The notes: a model not told the origin generated them from the sequence alone. Counted from the whole stretch's first letter, positions 12,173-23,375 are shown. The stretch: DNA of 62,922 nucleotides, filler included, from Octopus bimaculoides (GCF_001194135.2; 5 parts of 5 records of this genome joined end to end with filler, not necessarily neighbours in it); one strand, 5' to 3'. A program made the numbers and translations.

Positions 12173-13051
12173 TACATGGTCTGATCAATAAGTATCAGGA
12201 GACCGTTGCTGTAGTAACAAACTAAAGCACACAAAGTGAAGTTGCTTGGAAACAATTGACCTTTAACACTGATGAACATGTGCACTAAGTTTTAACATTC
12301 TAGCTCAATTCTGCTGTTTACAGCAGTGCTTGGAAGGAAGGTGTTGTGTGTGATCGTTGCATTGAACATTCAGAGAAAGTTGTGCAGAGAATCTACATAA
12401 AATGTTGCCAAAAGCTAGGCAATACCTGCTTAGAGGCCTATGCAAAGTTTTCAAAAAGGTTTCATCATTCTCATCACAATCAAGAAGATCTTGTGCAACT
12501 GAAGCCCATGTATCTTTTTGGTCAGTTGAAAGCAGCTTTGGCACAAACTTGGCAGACATACATCTCATATCCAAATCTTCAGTGATAATGAACTGAACTG
12601 AACTGTAACTAATCTGCACATCCTCTGATAAATCACAAATGGTGATTCAGCAATTTCCCCTCAACTGCACGCACATTTGTGATGTTTTTCTCAGTTCTGC
12701 TTGTTGTGGGTTTCCCAGAAAGTTCGTCAATATCGATATATTTTCGTCCATTTTAGAAATGGCTGAACCACTTGTACACTTGTGTATGGCTCATATACTC
12801 CTCTCCATACGCTTTCTGCAACCTCGTGTCAGCCTCTGAGCAGGTATTGCCAAGACAACTTTCTCTATCATAGTCAATGCGATGATCACACGCTACATAC
12901 ATTCTTTCCAAGCACTGCTTTAAGCAGTGTTAAAACTTGGTGTGCATCCACAGTAGATTTCAAGGTCAATCTGTGCCAAGTGGCTTCACTCTGCATACTT
13001 TAACTTCGTTATTATGGCAACAGTCCAGATTCTTATTGATCAGGTCTTGTA
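12173..13051. mobile_element. Mariner (Tc1/mariner) derivative built from two inverted 5' ends
   Basis: TA-flanked TIRs (TACATGGTCTGATCAATAAG / CTTATTGATCAGGTCTTGTA). Plus strand encodes EKVVQRIYIKCCQKLGNTCLEAYAK. Minus strand encodes LQKAYGEEYMSHTQVYKWF...ISYSSVQFIITEDLDMRCMSAKFVPKLLSTDQK (mariner HTH plus WVPHEL-equivalent motif). No DDD domain. Confidence 0.85.
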
Positions 13052-13964
13052 CACACACATATTGATCAGATTTTGTACATACATATATATGTATGTGTAC
13101 ATATATAAATGTGAATGAGTGTAAATGCATTTGTTTGTGTGTAAATGTATATATGTGTATATATGAGTGTGTGAATCTGTCTGTATTTTTCTGTTATTTC
13201 AACTTATAGATTTTAAACATTAATGTTATGAATTTATCAATTTCATTTCTAATACATCTGTATTTCACCAAACATGAATGTAATAGATGTAAGAAAACCA
13301 AACTTAAAATAACAATGATGATGAAACTAATAATGATAATAACAACAACAATAATATTAATGGCAAATATAACAACAAAAAAAACAATAAAAATACATAA
13401 TTCAAAACTATAAAGCAAACTTCAACTTATGTTGATTTATTTTAAGAAATTTATTCTTATAAAATATTTCTTCAATGTTATACAAGGATAAATAACTTGT
13501 CTTAATTTGGCAACATTTTTGCACATACATGCACACAGAGAGAGGGTGAGTGAGAGGATGATGAAAAATAAAATTGCAGTAAAAAAACAAAAAAATAAGA
13601 AGCAAAGAAAAATGTAAGAAAAAACAGAAGTTATTTTTAAAATATGTAAAGCAACGTCATTTTTTAAATATTTTTATATCTTATAATATCATATTTTGGC
13701 AAAATATACAAGTTTTAAATGACAGATTTCTATAATTCATATAGATTTGTCTGTGTTGAAATATGTAGAGAAAAAAAGCAAACTAACAGAGAGATGAGAC
13801 TTATACAGTTTCAATGTGAAGTTGATATTTTATATTGTCTGCACTATTCATGTCTGTTTGTGAAATGCCTCAATGAACAATATTTCCTCATCATAAACTT
13901 TTCTGTCATTTGCTAACATAACTGTCACATTGAATATTATAAGAACAAAGATGACTGTGTAGGT

Positions 13965-14130
13965 ACAGAGTTTTCTTTGTAATCATGCGGCTTCCAGTTC
14001 TATCTCACTGTGCAAAACCTTGGGTAAGTGTCTTGTACTGTTGTCTTGTGCCAACCAATGCATTGTGAATACATTAGTAAATAGAAACTGTAAGGAAGCT
14101 CATTAGATGTACATGTGGGAGTGTGTGTAC
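13965..14130 (+). mobile_element. SINE family C, degenerate 5' half
   Basis: CTTCCAGTTCTATCTCACTGTG...CCTTGGGTAAGTGTCTTGTACT...GAAACTGTAAGGAAGC. Confidence 0.6.
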
Positions 14131-14537
14131 TTATATCAGTATGTGAGTGTGTGTGTGTATATCTTTGTGAAGATTTACATGGTACATCTTAGAGCTGAAT
14201 TAAAAGCATTAATGTTTATTGCTATTCTCCGTCAACAAAATCATCATTGAGCTGTGCTGGAAGACAAGTTTAGCTGAGAAAACAGGCAAAGATTCAGGTG
14301 TCCAACTTTAAAACTATGCTTCAATAACATGGGTTCGTCCAACCCATTTTAATACAGAGAAATGAACATGAAACAAATAAACATAAAACGAATGAACTTA
14401 AAACGAATGAATGTATTTGGTGGGACTCATATCTGGTTATTGAAGTTTGTACTTCCGATACCTAAAAGTTGAAAGTAAACCTAGCCATTGATATTTTGAT
14501 TTATGAAATGAATTCATCATTGTTCAGCTGAATGAAA

Positions 14538-14769
14538 TATTTGGTTGTCTGGAAAGTTTGTGCCGATTTTTAACGGAAAGAAAAAGGTCAATAAATACTT
14601 GCCATAACATTTTTAATCAACCAAATATGAACCATCTTGTTACACAATGCATCTCTATCTTTCCTTTATATTGAAAATACCCTCTTCCCAGAATTGAGGT
14701 GGTTTCATGGCAAATAAGTCGAAAGGTAAGCTACTATAAATCGGCACAAACTTTCCGGACAACCCAATA
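14538..14769. mobile_element. Mariner-type MITE (~230 bp)
   Basis: ~30-bp TIRs TATTTGGTTGTCTGGAAAGTTTGTGCCGATTT / AAATCGGCACAAACTTTCCGGACAACCCAATA with TA ends. Confidence 0.85.
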
Positions 14770-15195
14770 TTTGTTTGCTTATCTGAAGAGCTTTATTAGT
14801 GAGTTCCCTAGGGAGATTCTGCACCCATGGAGAAGTTTCTGAATCACTGAAATCACGTCCTACTATCTCAGAAAAGATGAGATGTTCACTCATGGAAATC
14901 TGAATCAAACTGGAACTAAACAACAATGACAAATTTTAAAATATTTTCTTTTATGAAGGAAGAATATAATTTCAATTAAATCACCAATAACTCCTTCCCT
15001 ATAAATTGGTCTTCTTTACAGTATTTTACTCTGCATGTACTGTAGCACTGATTTTCGTTTGTTATACTTATTATGATGTCTTCTGATGGGTTTCAGATAA
15101 TCTTACAGTCATTTAAAACAATGAAATTACATCACTTTCTTGAAAAATGTTAGTTGCTGACCCTTTTGAATATTCTAATATCCTTATAATAGAAA

Positions 15196-15565
15196 CATCA
15201 TCATCATCATCATCATCATCGTTTAACGTCTGCTTTCCATGCTAGCATGGGTTGGACGATTTGACTGAGGACTGGCAAGCCAGAAGGCTGCACCAGGCTC
15301 CAATCTGATTTGGCAGAGTTTCTACAGCTGGATGACCTTCCTAATGACAACCACTCTGAGAGTGTAGTGGGTGCTTTTACGTGTCACCGGCATGAGGGCC
15401 AGTCACACGGTACTGGCAAAGGCCATGCTCAAAATGGTGTTTTTTACGTGCCACCTGCACGGGAGCCAATCCAGCAGCACTAGCATCGACCTCGCTCGAA
15501 TGATTTTCTAACATGCCACCAGCACATGTGCTAGAAGGCTACGCTGGTAACGATCATGCTCGAGA
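15196..15565 (-). mobile_element. Retroposon family D
   Basis: (CAT)n GTTTAACGTCTGCTTTCCATGCTAGCATGGGTTGGACG...GAGTTTCTACAGCTGGATG. Confidence 0.8.
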
Positions 15566-16726
15566 ATATTAATTTAGATGCTAATCCCATTCTCAACAGA
15601 CAATAATAAATAATATTTCATATGACAATTTCTGATATTACACAAACATTTTACCAAAAATTCTAGAAAGCATTTACTTTTCCATGGACTCAGTTTTTAT
15701 AAATACAGTATGAATACAAGACAGATTATTTGACATAAATCACTTTCTTTTACGGTGTTTTCAAAAATACTGTCAAAAGCCTCATTAGATAAACTATGAA
15801 GAAGATGTACATGTGCCCCTTTTACATATCTTTAAATTTTTAAAATTGTTTCCACTTATTCATTTTTGATTATTTTTGACAATTTAATTTTTACATCGTA
15901 ATGGCATCAAAGAAAAGTAAAGTAAAAAAAATGAAAATAATAAATACAATAACTTAGACTATAAATTACTTGTGATTAGATAAAAATAATCAATATTATG
16001 AAATTAAGATAATATAGTAACTTGTAATATCGGATTGCTTTAGTTTATTGTATTGGGATTCGTTGAATTATTTGACAATATGAAATATCTAAATATATAT
16101 ATATATTACACACACACACACACTCTCATATGTGTATGTATGTGTGTGTNNNNNNNNNNNNNNNNNNNNNNNNNNNNNNNNNNNNNNNNNNNNNNNNNNN
16201 NNNNNNNNNNNNNNNNNNNNNNNNNNNNNNNNNNNNNNNNNNNNNNNNNATATATATATATATAGATATATACTGGCATTTGTGTTACTATTTATCTCTA
16301 TATATGAAAATACATGTATATTTATTTGTGCTTGCATGTGTGTATATACACATGCATGCATGCAAGTGAAATGTAAAACTTTATTCATTAAATATAGTTT
16401 TATTACTGACAAACTTATAAAATTAATGGGTTTTTTTTTCATATTTTAATAAATTACTCACTGTTTGCTAAATATCTCATAGGTATTGTTGTAATTATTA
16501 TTATTATCATTATTGTTATTATATATTGTACTGCGTTGACTCATCTGACAAACTATATCCACATATATCCCAACACTCATATATACATACACATAAACAC
16601 ACAATCTTTTGTGTGTGTTTGATGATATTCTTAAATATCTACATATCCATATGTATATCTGTTTATCTGTGTGTGTATACAAACTGCCTAAGTGAGGTGG
16701 AAAACTCTGCAAGAGTTTCTGCAGTT

Positions 16727-16772
<46 letters not shown>

Positions 16773-16975
16773 ATTCATGCTCACACATATAGATATTTGT
16801 ATGCCACAAACGTAATACATTATATANNNNNNNNNNNNNNNNNNNNNNNNNNNNNNNNNNNNNNNNNNNNNNNNNNNNNNNNNNNNNNNNNNNNNNNNNN
16901 NNNNNNNNNNNNNNNNNNNNNNNNNNNNNNNNNNNNNNNNNNNNNNNNNNNNNNNNNNNNNNNNNNNNNNNNNNN

Positions 16976-17008
<33 letters not shown>

Positions 17009-17450
17009 CATATATTTTACTGAAGTATACATACAAGCTCTTCAGCTACAAACCATTTACTTAGATATTGATTTAACTAAGAATTATTTACATTTTTTAC
17101 TATTTAATTGTTTTTCCAAACTATGTTTATGATTAACTGAGAGTCTGTAAAATACACGCACATACTCACGCACATTTACATATAAATAAATAAATGAATA
17201 AATTCATTGATGTTAAAATTTAATGAGCATTCACATTCTTTTTTTCCTTTCTTTGTTCTTTAGGAATTCTTTCTCACTCACTCCTTCCCCCTCTTCTCTT
17301 TACCCTCTCTCTGTTTCATTCTCTTGATGTCTTTCTCTCTATCTCTCTCGAAAGATGTATCCAATTTTTTTTACTGTGTTCAAGAGTATTAATAGGAAGA
17401 TATAAATGGTAAATTACAGTAATATTTTCAATAAAGTATAATATACACAA

Positions 17451-17484
<34 letters not shown>

Positions 17485-18349
17485 CATTAATACTTTTGTT
17501 GTTGCTTGTTAGTTTTGTGGCAGCTGGATTTTTTTCTCTGCTTTTATTTAAAAAAAAAAAAAGTATTTATTGCTGCTCTCAAAAAAATAAAAATGAAAAT
17601 TTACGATGCAGACTTCATCGATTCTGCTATGAATCAAAATTAAATTTTGCATTCCTTTGATCCTCGATTGAAGGAGGAAAGATAGAAGGTGGAGGGGTAG
17701 GAGATAGAAGGAAATAATAGAAGAAGAGAGGGGGTGTGTCGTTTCTAAGTCACTTGAAATTTAGTATCAAGCACAAGGCCCCAGCATCACCACTGTTGAT
17801 TTTTCAGTCGTTATTGAAGGAAAAGCCATAAAGAATAACAACAGAAAATAACAATTAGAAAATACAAAAAAATTACAGAGTGTTGTTATTTTTTTATTAA
17901 ATACATTTGTTAAATGAATTTTATTTATTAATATCTGCATTTTTTGAAGTAGGGTAAGAAATTGTACATACATGTGTGTGGTTGTGAGTCTGTATACATG
18001 ATTTTATGTGAATGCATTCTTGTCTGCTAAAATACAATATCTATTAAATTAGCATCTACAGAATGAATCTACTCTATGATGTTGACAATAATGATGATGA
18101 TCATCATCGTAATCATCATTCTCAACATCAGCATCAGTGACATCATCATCACCATCATTATGAACACTATCTTCATCAATATTCACATTATCATACATCT
18201 GCTTTCCATGCTGGCAATGAGCACTCATTACTTTCCAACATAATATTACAATTCCATTATACATACATACATACATACATGCATATACCATCTAAGTTTT
18301 GACAAAAAAATGGTTCTTTATACACGTTAAAATACGATGTATATATATA

Positions 18350-18479
18350 TACAAGGTGTCCACAAAGTCTGGCTACATGAAGTAAATAAAATCATAAAAA
18401 CATAATTAGATATAAGAAATAATAATTTCTTAAAATATGTGTTAATTACCATGTACCCAGATTTTGTAGACACCCTGTG
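18350..18479. mobile_element. Tc1/mariner-type MITE (~130 bp)
   Basis: ~28-bp TIRs TACAAGGTGTCCACAAAGTCTGGCTACATG / CATGTACCCAGATTTTGTAGACACCCTGTG. Confidence 0.8.
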
Positions 18480-18482
18480 GAT

Positions 18483-18665
18483 ATCGTTGGCTATTTCTTC
18501 TTCCTCCGTCTTTCCCTTCTTTGGACTTTCTTTGTTTCTGATGAAGAGCTCCGCTCGAAACGTCAAATTCTCTTTCTTTCCTTTCCCGAGCGTCCAGTAA
18601 CACAATCTGTATCACGTCCTCAATTTGTTGTTGTTTTTTGTCTTTTTCCATTTTTGAACTTTATA
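18483..18665 (+). mobile_element. ~180-bp hammerhead-containing repeat (PLE pseudo-LTR or retrozyme-like), copy 1
   Basis: Colinear with 62740-62922 from the shared start ATCGTTGGC through CCGTCTT..GGACTTT..HHR..GAGCGTC..CACGTCCTC..TTGTTGTTTTTTG. Confidence 0.75.
18534..18568 (+). ncRNA. Minimal type-I hammerhead ribozyme motif
   Basis: GTTT-CTGATGA-A-GAGC-TCC-GCTC-GAAA-C-GTC-AAAT: intact core, 4-bp stem II, palindromic ACGU stem III, GUC cleavage triplet (after 18564), stem I of 3 WC pairs plus G.U. Confidence 0.7.
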
Positions 18666-19079
18666 TATATAAATATATATATATATATATANNNNNNNNN
18701 NNNNNNNNNNNNNNNNNNNNNNNNNNNNNNNNNNNNNNNNNNNNNNNNNNNNNNNNNNNNNNNNNNNNNNNNNNNNNNNNNNNNNNNNNNNNNNNNNNNN
18801 NNNNNNNNNNNNNNNNNNNNNNNNNNNNNNNNNNNNNNNNNNNNNNNNNNNNNNNNNNNNNNNNNNNNNNNNNNNNNNNNNNNNNNNNNNNNNNNNNNNN
18901 NNNNNNNNNNNNNNNNNNNNNNNNNNNNNNNNNNNNNNNNNNNNNNNNNNNNNNNNNNNNNNNNNNNNNNNNNNNNNNNNNNNNNNNNNNNNNNNNNNNN
19001 NNNNNNNNNNNNNNNNNNNNNNNNNNNNNNNNNNNNNNNNNNNNNNNNNNNTATATATATATATATATATATGTAGGTA

Positions 19080-19290
19080 TGCATGTGTGTGTATATGTTT
19101 GTGTGTCTGTGTTTGTCACTCCAACATTGCTTGACAACCGATGCTGGTGTGTTTTCGTCCCCGTAACTTAGCAGTTGAGCAAAAGAGACTAATAGAGTAA
19201 GTACTAGGCTTACAAAAAATAAGTCCTGGGGTTGATTTGCTTGACTAAAGGCGGTGCTCCAGCATGGCCACAGTCAAATGACTGAAACAA
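19080..19290 (+). mobile_element. SINE family C, 3' half (5' half lost in the N gap)
   Basis: GCTTGACAACCGATGCTGGTGTGT...GAATAAGTCCTGGGG...GGCGGTGCTCCAGCATGGCC. Confidence 0.85.
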
Positions 19291-20524
19291 ATGAAAGAGT
19301 ACATTTAGTATATTGTAAGAGTATAACCAATTTATTGCAGATACATTTTAACAGAAAAATCTTATATGGGCCTCTAAGCGCCATATGGACCCTAGCTGAA
19401 AACCATTGAGCTAGGAGATCCTTGAGGATGCCTCATACCTGCAAATTTAATGGATTTTTGAAAACCAAATTTCTAAATTTCATTTTCCTCAAATTTATAA
19501 TTTTGCACAAGAACAAAAATCCCCATTATGATTTTCAAGTTTCCACAGGCACACAGTGCAAGTATAGATAAGATATGTTACTTCTCTTCAATATATCTTT
19601 ATGGAAAATTTTGAAATATATGAATGGAAAATAATTCTAAATGAACAAATGTCATCAGATTTTAATCCAGGGTTTCTCCTAGAAAAAAATTAATTTAATT
19701 TAATTTTAGAATATTTATTCTTTGCTTGCAGAAGGTCACATTAGTTTAACATTAATACTTGTTCTCTTTTATATTTTTCTTTCAGGCAAATACATATATC
19801 CTTTGCTATGAGAAAATCAAATTAGTTTAATATTGTGACATGTGATAAGTTTGTTGTATTTTTCTCTCAAACAATATATATTTCCAGTTTTAATTAATTG
19901 AGGTTTCAAAAGCTTTATCAGCTGGATTAAGGATTGTACTGAGTTTTGTTCCTCATTTGAGAATCTAAACTGTGACAGAAAAATGGGAGGCTTTCTTCTA
20001 GCTGCCACAATGACTGATACTTATCAATGGCTTCTATTTTTCTCACCAGAACTAGAAATATGTTTATCAATCATATTGTGTACAAACTCTATGTACATAT
20101 ATGTTCATATCTTCCACGGTATTGTTATACAGTATTACATTTATGTGTGTGTATAGCTGTGTATACATATATACATATATACATATATGTCAGTACATAT
20201 ATTCACACACACCCTTACATATGTATATAACATGCACATGTATGTACATATAAATGCATACAACAGCTAATAATTTATTAGTTTTAATAGCTGAGAATAC
20301 TCATCTGTCAAATCCTAGTTTACATCACTGTGTGTACGTGGTGGGGGTTGCATTTGCAAGTATTAGTTATGGAGCTAGAAAGTCATGATCAAGATAAGGG
20401 ACTTCAATAATTTCAGTATTGTGACAAAATATAGTTTAAGAATTAAGGAAGCAATACTCATACACAGACTAGGACCCCAACTTAACAATAGGCTAGAGGT
20501 TGGTAATCAATATGTCATTTAGCT

Positions 20525-20689
20525 ACACTCTTGGAGTGGTTGGCATTAGGAAGGGTATCTAGCTGTAGAAACTCTGCCAGATCAGATTGGAGTCTGGTGT
20601 AACCATCTGGTTCGCCAGTCCCAGTCAAATCGTCCAACCCATGCTAGCATGGAAAGCGGACGTTAAGTGATTATGATGATGATGATGAT
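20525..20689 (+). mobile_element. Retroposon family D, 3' part
   Basis: GAGTGGTTGGCATTAGGAAGGG...TCCAACCCATGCTAGCATGGAAAGCGGACGTTAA(GAT)n. Confidence 0.85.
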
Positions 20690-20809
20690 CTGGATGCATC
20701 TAGGTTCATTTTTGATATGCTCATCTATTGTTTATAACAAAAAAAAAAGGCAAGAGGGAAAAAGAAAAAGGAAGCTGCATGTATAATACATAACTTAGAA
20801 GCAGTGCTA

Positions 20810-21030
20810 CAGATGTACCAACACACACGAGATTGAGACACAGCCAACCTCATGCACTTCTCATGAGAAATTCTGGAAGGAGCTTCGTGAGACCACTGCT
20901 GAGACGCTTCCGAAAAAAGAAAAGCCGATGGAAAACAGATTATAGCAGCGACTCCATCTAAGAATATCTGAAGAAGGAATTGTATTCCGAAATATCATCG
21001 GATTATGGATAACTAAATTACAACAGGTAT
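20810..21030 (+). mobile_element. Probable Penelope-like element 3' end (ORF C-terminal relic running into a hammerhead)
   Basis: RRFRKKKSRW...AATPSKNI* loosely resembles the PLE GIY-YIG end (R..RE..WI..L.T..P.GLN); its TGA overlaps the hammerhead CTGAAGA. Confidence 0.45.
20966..20998 (+). ncRNA. Minimal type-I hammerhead ribozyme motif
   Basis: AT-CTGAAGA-A-GGAAT-TGT-ATTCC-GAAA-T-ATC-AT: intact core, perfect 5-bp stem II, palindromic AUAU stem III, AUC triplet; stem I is only 2 bp. Confidence 0.6.
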
Positions 21031-21705
21031 GTAGTCCATTTTTTATATTATAGTGCATTGTTGTACCATTGAAAACTTTTTATTCTTTATAGTTTATAAC
21101 TCTTTGCAAAAAGTGTCCTGATTGGTATGATATTGCCAAGTACAACAAAACTAAATTTAGAATGTTAAGTATTTTAAATAGTACTCATTACTGCATATTA
21201 CTTGAAAAGACTGTTTTTCATCAAAACGCTATTTGCAAAATGTTAGAAAATATCATTACTATTATTAGCAACATAGTAGTTGTAATAAATAATGCATAAT
21301 TTCATCACTATTAAATGGCTGGTAATTCTTCAGTAATTTTTCTTCTACAGTTTAATGACAGTCCTCAACTTTGCAGCCTAATAAACAATTTCATTAATGT
21401 TAAATAGCTGGTTAATTAATTCTTCAGCAGCTTTTGTCTAGCATTTAATAGCATTCACAAAGTTTACTACTCAATTTTATTAGAAAAGATCAAAATGCAT
21501 TGTGGACCATTATATTCTTTGTAAGCGAGTGAGAAACAATGATTTACAGTAAGTTTAGACTACTTCACTGCTGGGTTGGCCAATGAACCAAAGGACTGTT
21601 TTTGAGAGGCCTTCCTGCAAATTACCTTGATGATAGGTGACAATGACCTTGTTTTGGCTTTTGACTTCAAGAGACATGTTGGGCAGTAATCTAATGAAAT
21701 TTTTC

Positions 21706-22288
21706 TGGTGTACATGGACATAAGTCATGAATGGGTGAGGTCAGCTGTATAAAGAAATGATGATCACTCAACATGGATGAAACCTGTGGAAGAAGGAAAT
21801 CCTAGAAGACATGGGATGAAGTAATGAAGAAAACCATAAGAGCTTAAGATTAATAGAAGGAATGACAAAAGAGCTAAATGATTAGAGATATGCTGTGCTT
21901 GAGAAGGCCCATCCATCTCAGTCAAAACTGAGTCCTGTCAAGCCTTATCCTCCAGTTCATCTAATACCCATCCCTTCAATCACTCTCATAATTGCTGAAC
22001 TACTCACTAAGGTGGTGATACCATTTATCTCCTTACACTTCACATGATGATGATGACTTCCCTAATACTGTCACACATCATGTCTCCTCCTCCTCTTCAT
22101 TCTCTCTGACCCCCATCCTATTTCCTTCAATTCCCCATACACCAACAGTCACCATTGGCCATGTCTCCACCTGTGGGTGCCATTCACTGCTTCCACCTCT
22201 ATTCCCACCTTTAACCATCTGTCACTCACCTTTTACACTCTCATGAACTTACCTATCCAACTAATGTCAGCATGGAAAACAAACAGTG

Positions 22289-22290
<2 letters not shown>
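21706..22290 (+). mobile_element. RTE LINE 3' end with 3' UTR
   Basis: MGEVSCIKK..SLNMDETCGRRKS*KTWDEVMKK...GMTKELND*RYAVLEK resembles the RTE C-terminus (GTCGRGRPRKTWDEVV); ends in CCAACTAATGTCAGCATGGAAAA. Confidence 0.7.
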
Positions 22291-22321
<31 letters not shown>

Positions 22322-22421
22322 NNNNNNNNNNNNNNNNNNNNNNNNNNNNNNNNNNNNNNNNNNNNTTAATTAATTAANNNNNNNNNNNNNNNNNNNNNNN
22401 NNNNNNNNNNNNNNNNNNNNN
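22322..22421. other. Assembly spacer (44 N + TTAATTAATTAA + 44 N)
   Basis: Six-frame-stop 12-mer centred in exactly 100 bp; the same structure occurs four times. Confidence 0.9.
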
Positions 22422-22489
22422 TTATTATTATTATTATCATTTACTGTAGTAGTTTTATACGTTTAGTATACTTCAATAGTTTAGACGAT

Positions 22490-22552
22490 TATTTGCGTGG
22501 TTAAGAGTTTCGCTTCCCAGCCACATGGTATCCAGTTCAGTCCAACTGCACA
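22490..22552 (+). mobile_element. SINE family C head fragment
   Basis: GCGTGGTTAAGAG..CGCTTCCCAGCCACATGG..CCAGTTCAGTCC. Confidence 0.55.
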
Positions 22553-22561
22553 TCTACTGCT

Positions 22562-22737
22562 ATCCAAGGGAAGGGCAAAGGCCGATGCAGCTTGGCACCA
22601 GTGATGTCGCAACTCATTTCTACAGCTGAGTGAACTGGAGCAACGTGAAATAAAGTGCCTTGCTCAAGAACACAACACGCAGCCCGGTCCGGGATTCGAA
22701 CTCACAACCTCACGATCGTAAGCTCGACGCTCTAACC
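22562..22737 (-). mobile_element. CORE-SINE (OR-like), young copy
   Basis: Reverse-complement tRNA head GGTTAGAGCGTCGAGCTTACGATCGTGAGGTTGTGAGTTCGAATCCCGG plus CORE domain. Confidence 0.9.
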
Positions 22738-22783
22738 GGTTATCTTTTGCCAATTAAATACACACACTATTTATTTGAGTGAA

Positions 22784-23003
22784 GGCGCATGGCTCAGTGG
22801 ATAGAGTGTCGAGCTTACGATCGTGAGGTTGTGAGTTCGAATCCCAGACCGGGCTGTGTTGTGTTCTTGAGAAAGACACTTTATTTCATGTTGCTCCAGT
22901 TCTCTCAGCTGTAGAAATGAGTTGCGACGTCACAAGTGCCAAACTGTATCGGCCTTTGCCTTTCTCTTGGATAACACTGGTGGCGTGGAGAAGGGAGGCC
23001 GGT
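22784..23003 (+). mobile_element. CORE-SINE (OR-like)
   Basis: GGCGCATGGCTCAGTGG A-box, GTTCGAATCC B-box, GTGTTCTTGAG..ACACTTTATTTC..CAGCTGTAGAAATGAG CORE. Octopus OR1/OR2 are established CORE-SINEs. Confidence 0.9.
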
Positions 23004-23024
23004 ATATATATATATATATATAAT

Positions 23025-23165
23025 TCTTTTACTTGTTTCAGTCATTTGACTGGGGCCATGCTGGAGCACCGCCTTTAGTCAAACAAATCGATCCCAAGAC
23101 TTATTCTTTGTAAGCCTAGTACTTATTTTATCGATCTCTTTTGTCGAAACGCTAAGTTACGAGGA
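23025..23165 (-). mobile_element. SINE family C, 3' part
   Basis: CTTTTACTTGTTTCAGTCATTTGACTG..GCCATGCTGGAGCACCGCC..GTAAGCCTAGTACTTATT. Confidence 0.85.
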
Positions 23166-23375
23166 CGTGTGTGTGTGTATACTGATATGTAAAAGTAAGA
23201 TTCAAGGTCCAGGTGTAGGAAGTTCGTAAGCTTCGAGCAGTCTATAGAAAGTATAAAAACAACTTTCAGGAACAACAGTGGATTGTATTCTTTTATTTAC
23301 TTTACTCTTTATTCTTTTATTTTATTCCTTATAAACTGTGAATTTCCGTCTAGAACTTTCATACACACTCACCTT

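Noticed and set aside
20810-21032. Host exon ending at CAG|GTATGT
   Set aside because: All frames hit stops, the acceptor is weak, and the hammerhead/PLE reading fits better, though it is not proven.
22366-22377. TTAATTAATTAA as a regulatory or palindromic site
   Set aside because: It is always centred in exactly 44 N + 44 N, so it is an assembly artefact.
22784-22860. tRNA genes (also 43400-43475, 51860-51930, 54705-54770)
   Set aside because: A/B boxes are present, but acceptor and anticodon stems do not pair and most continue into SINE bodies.
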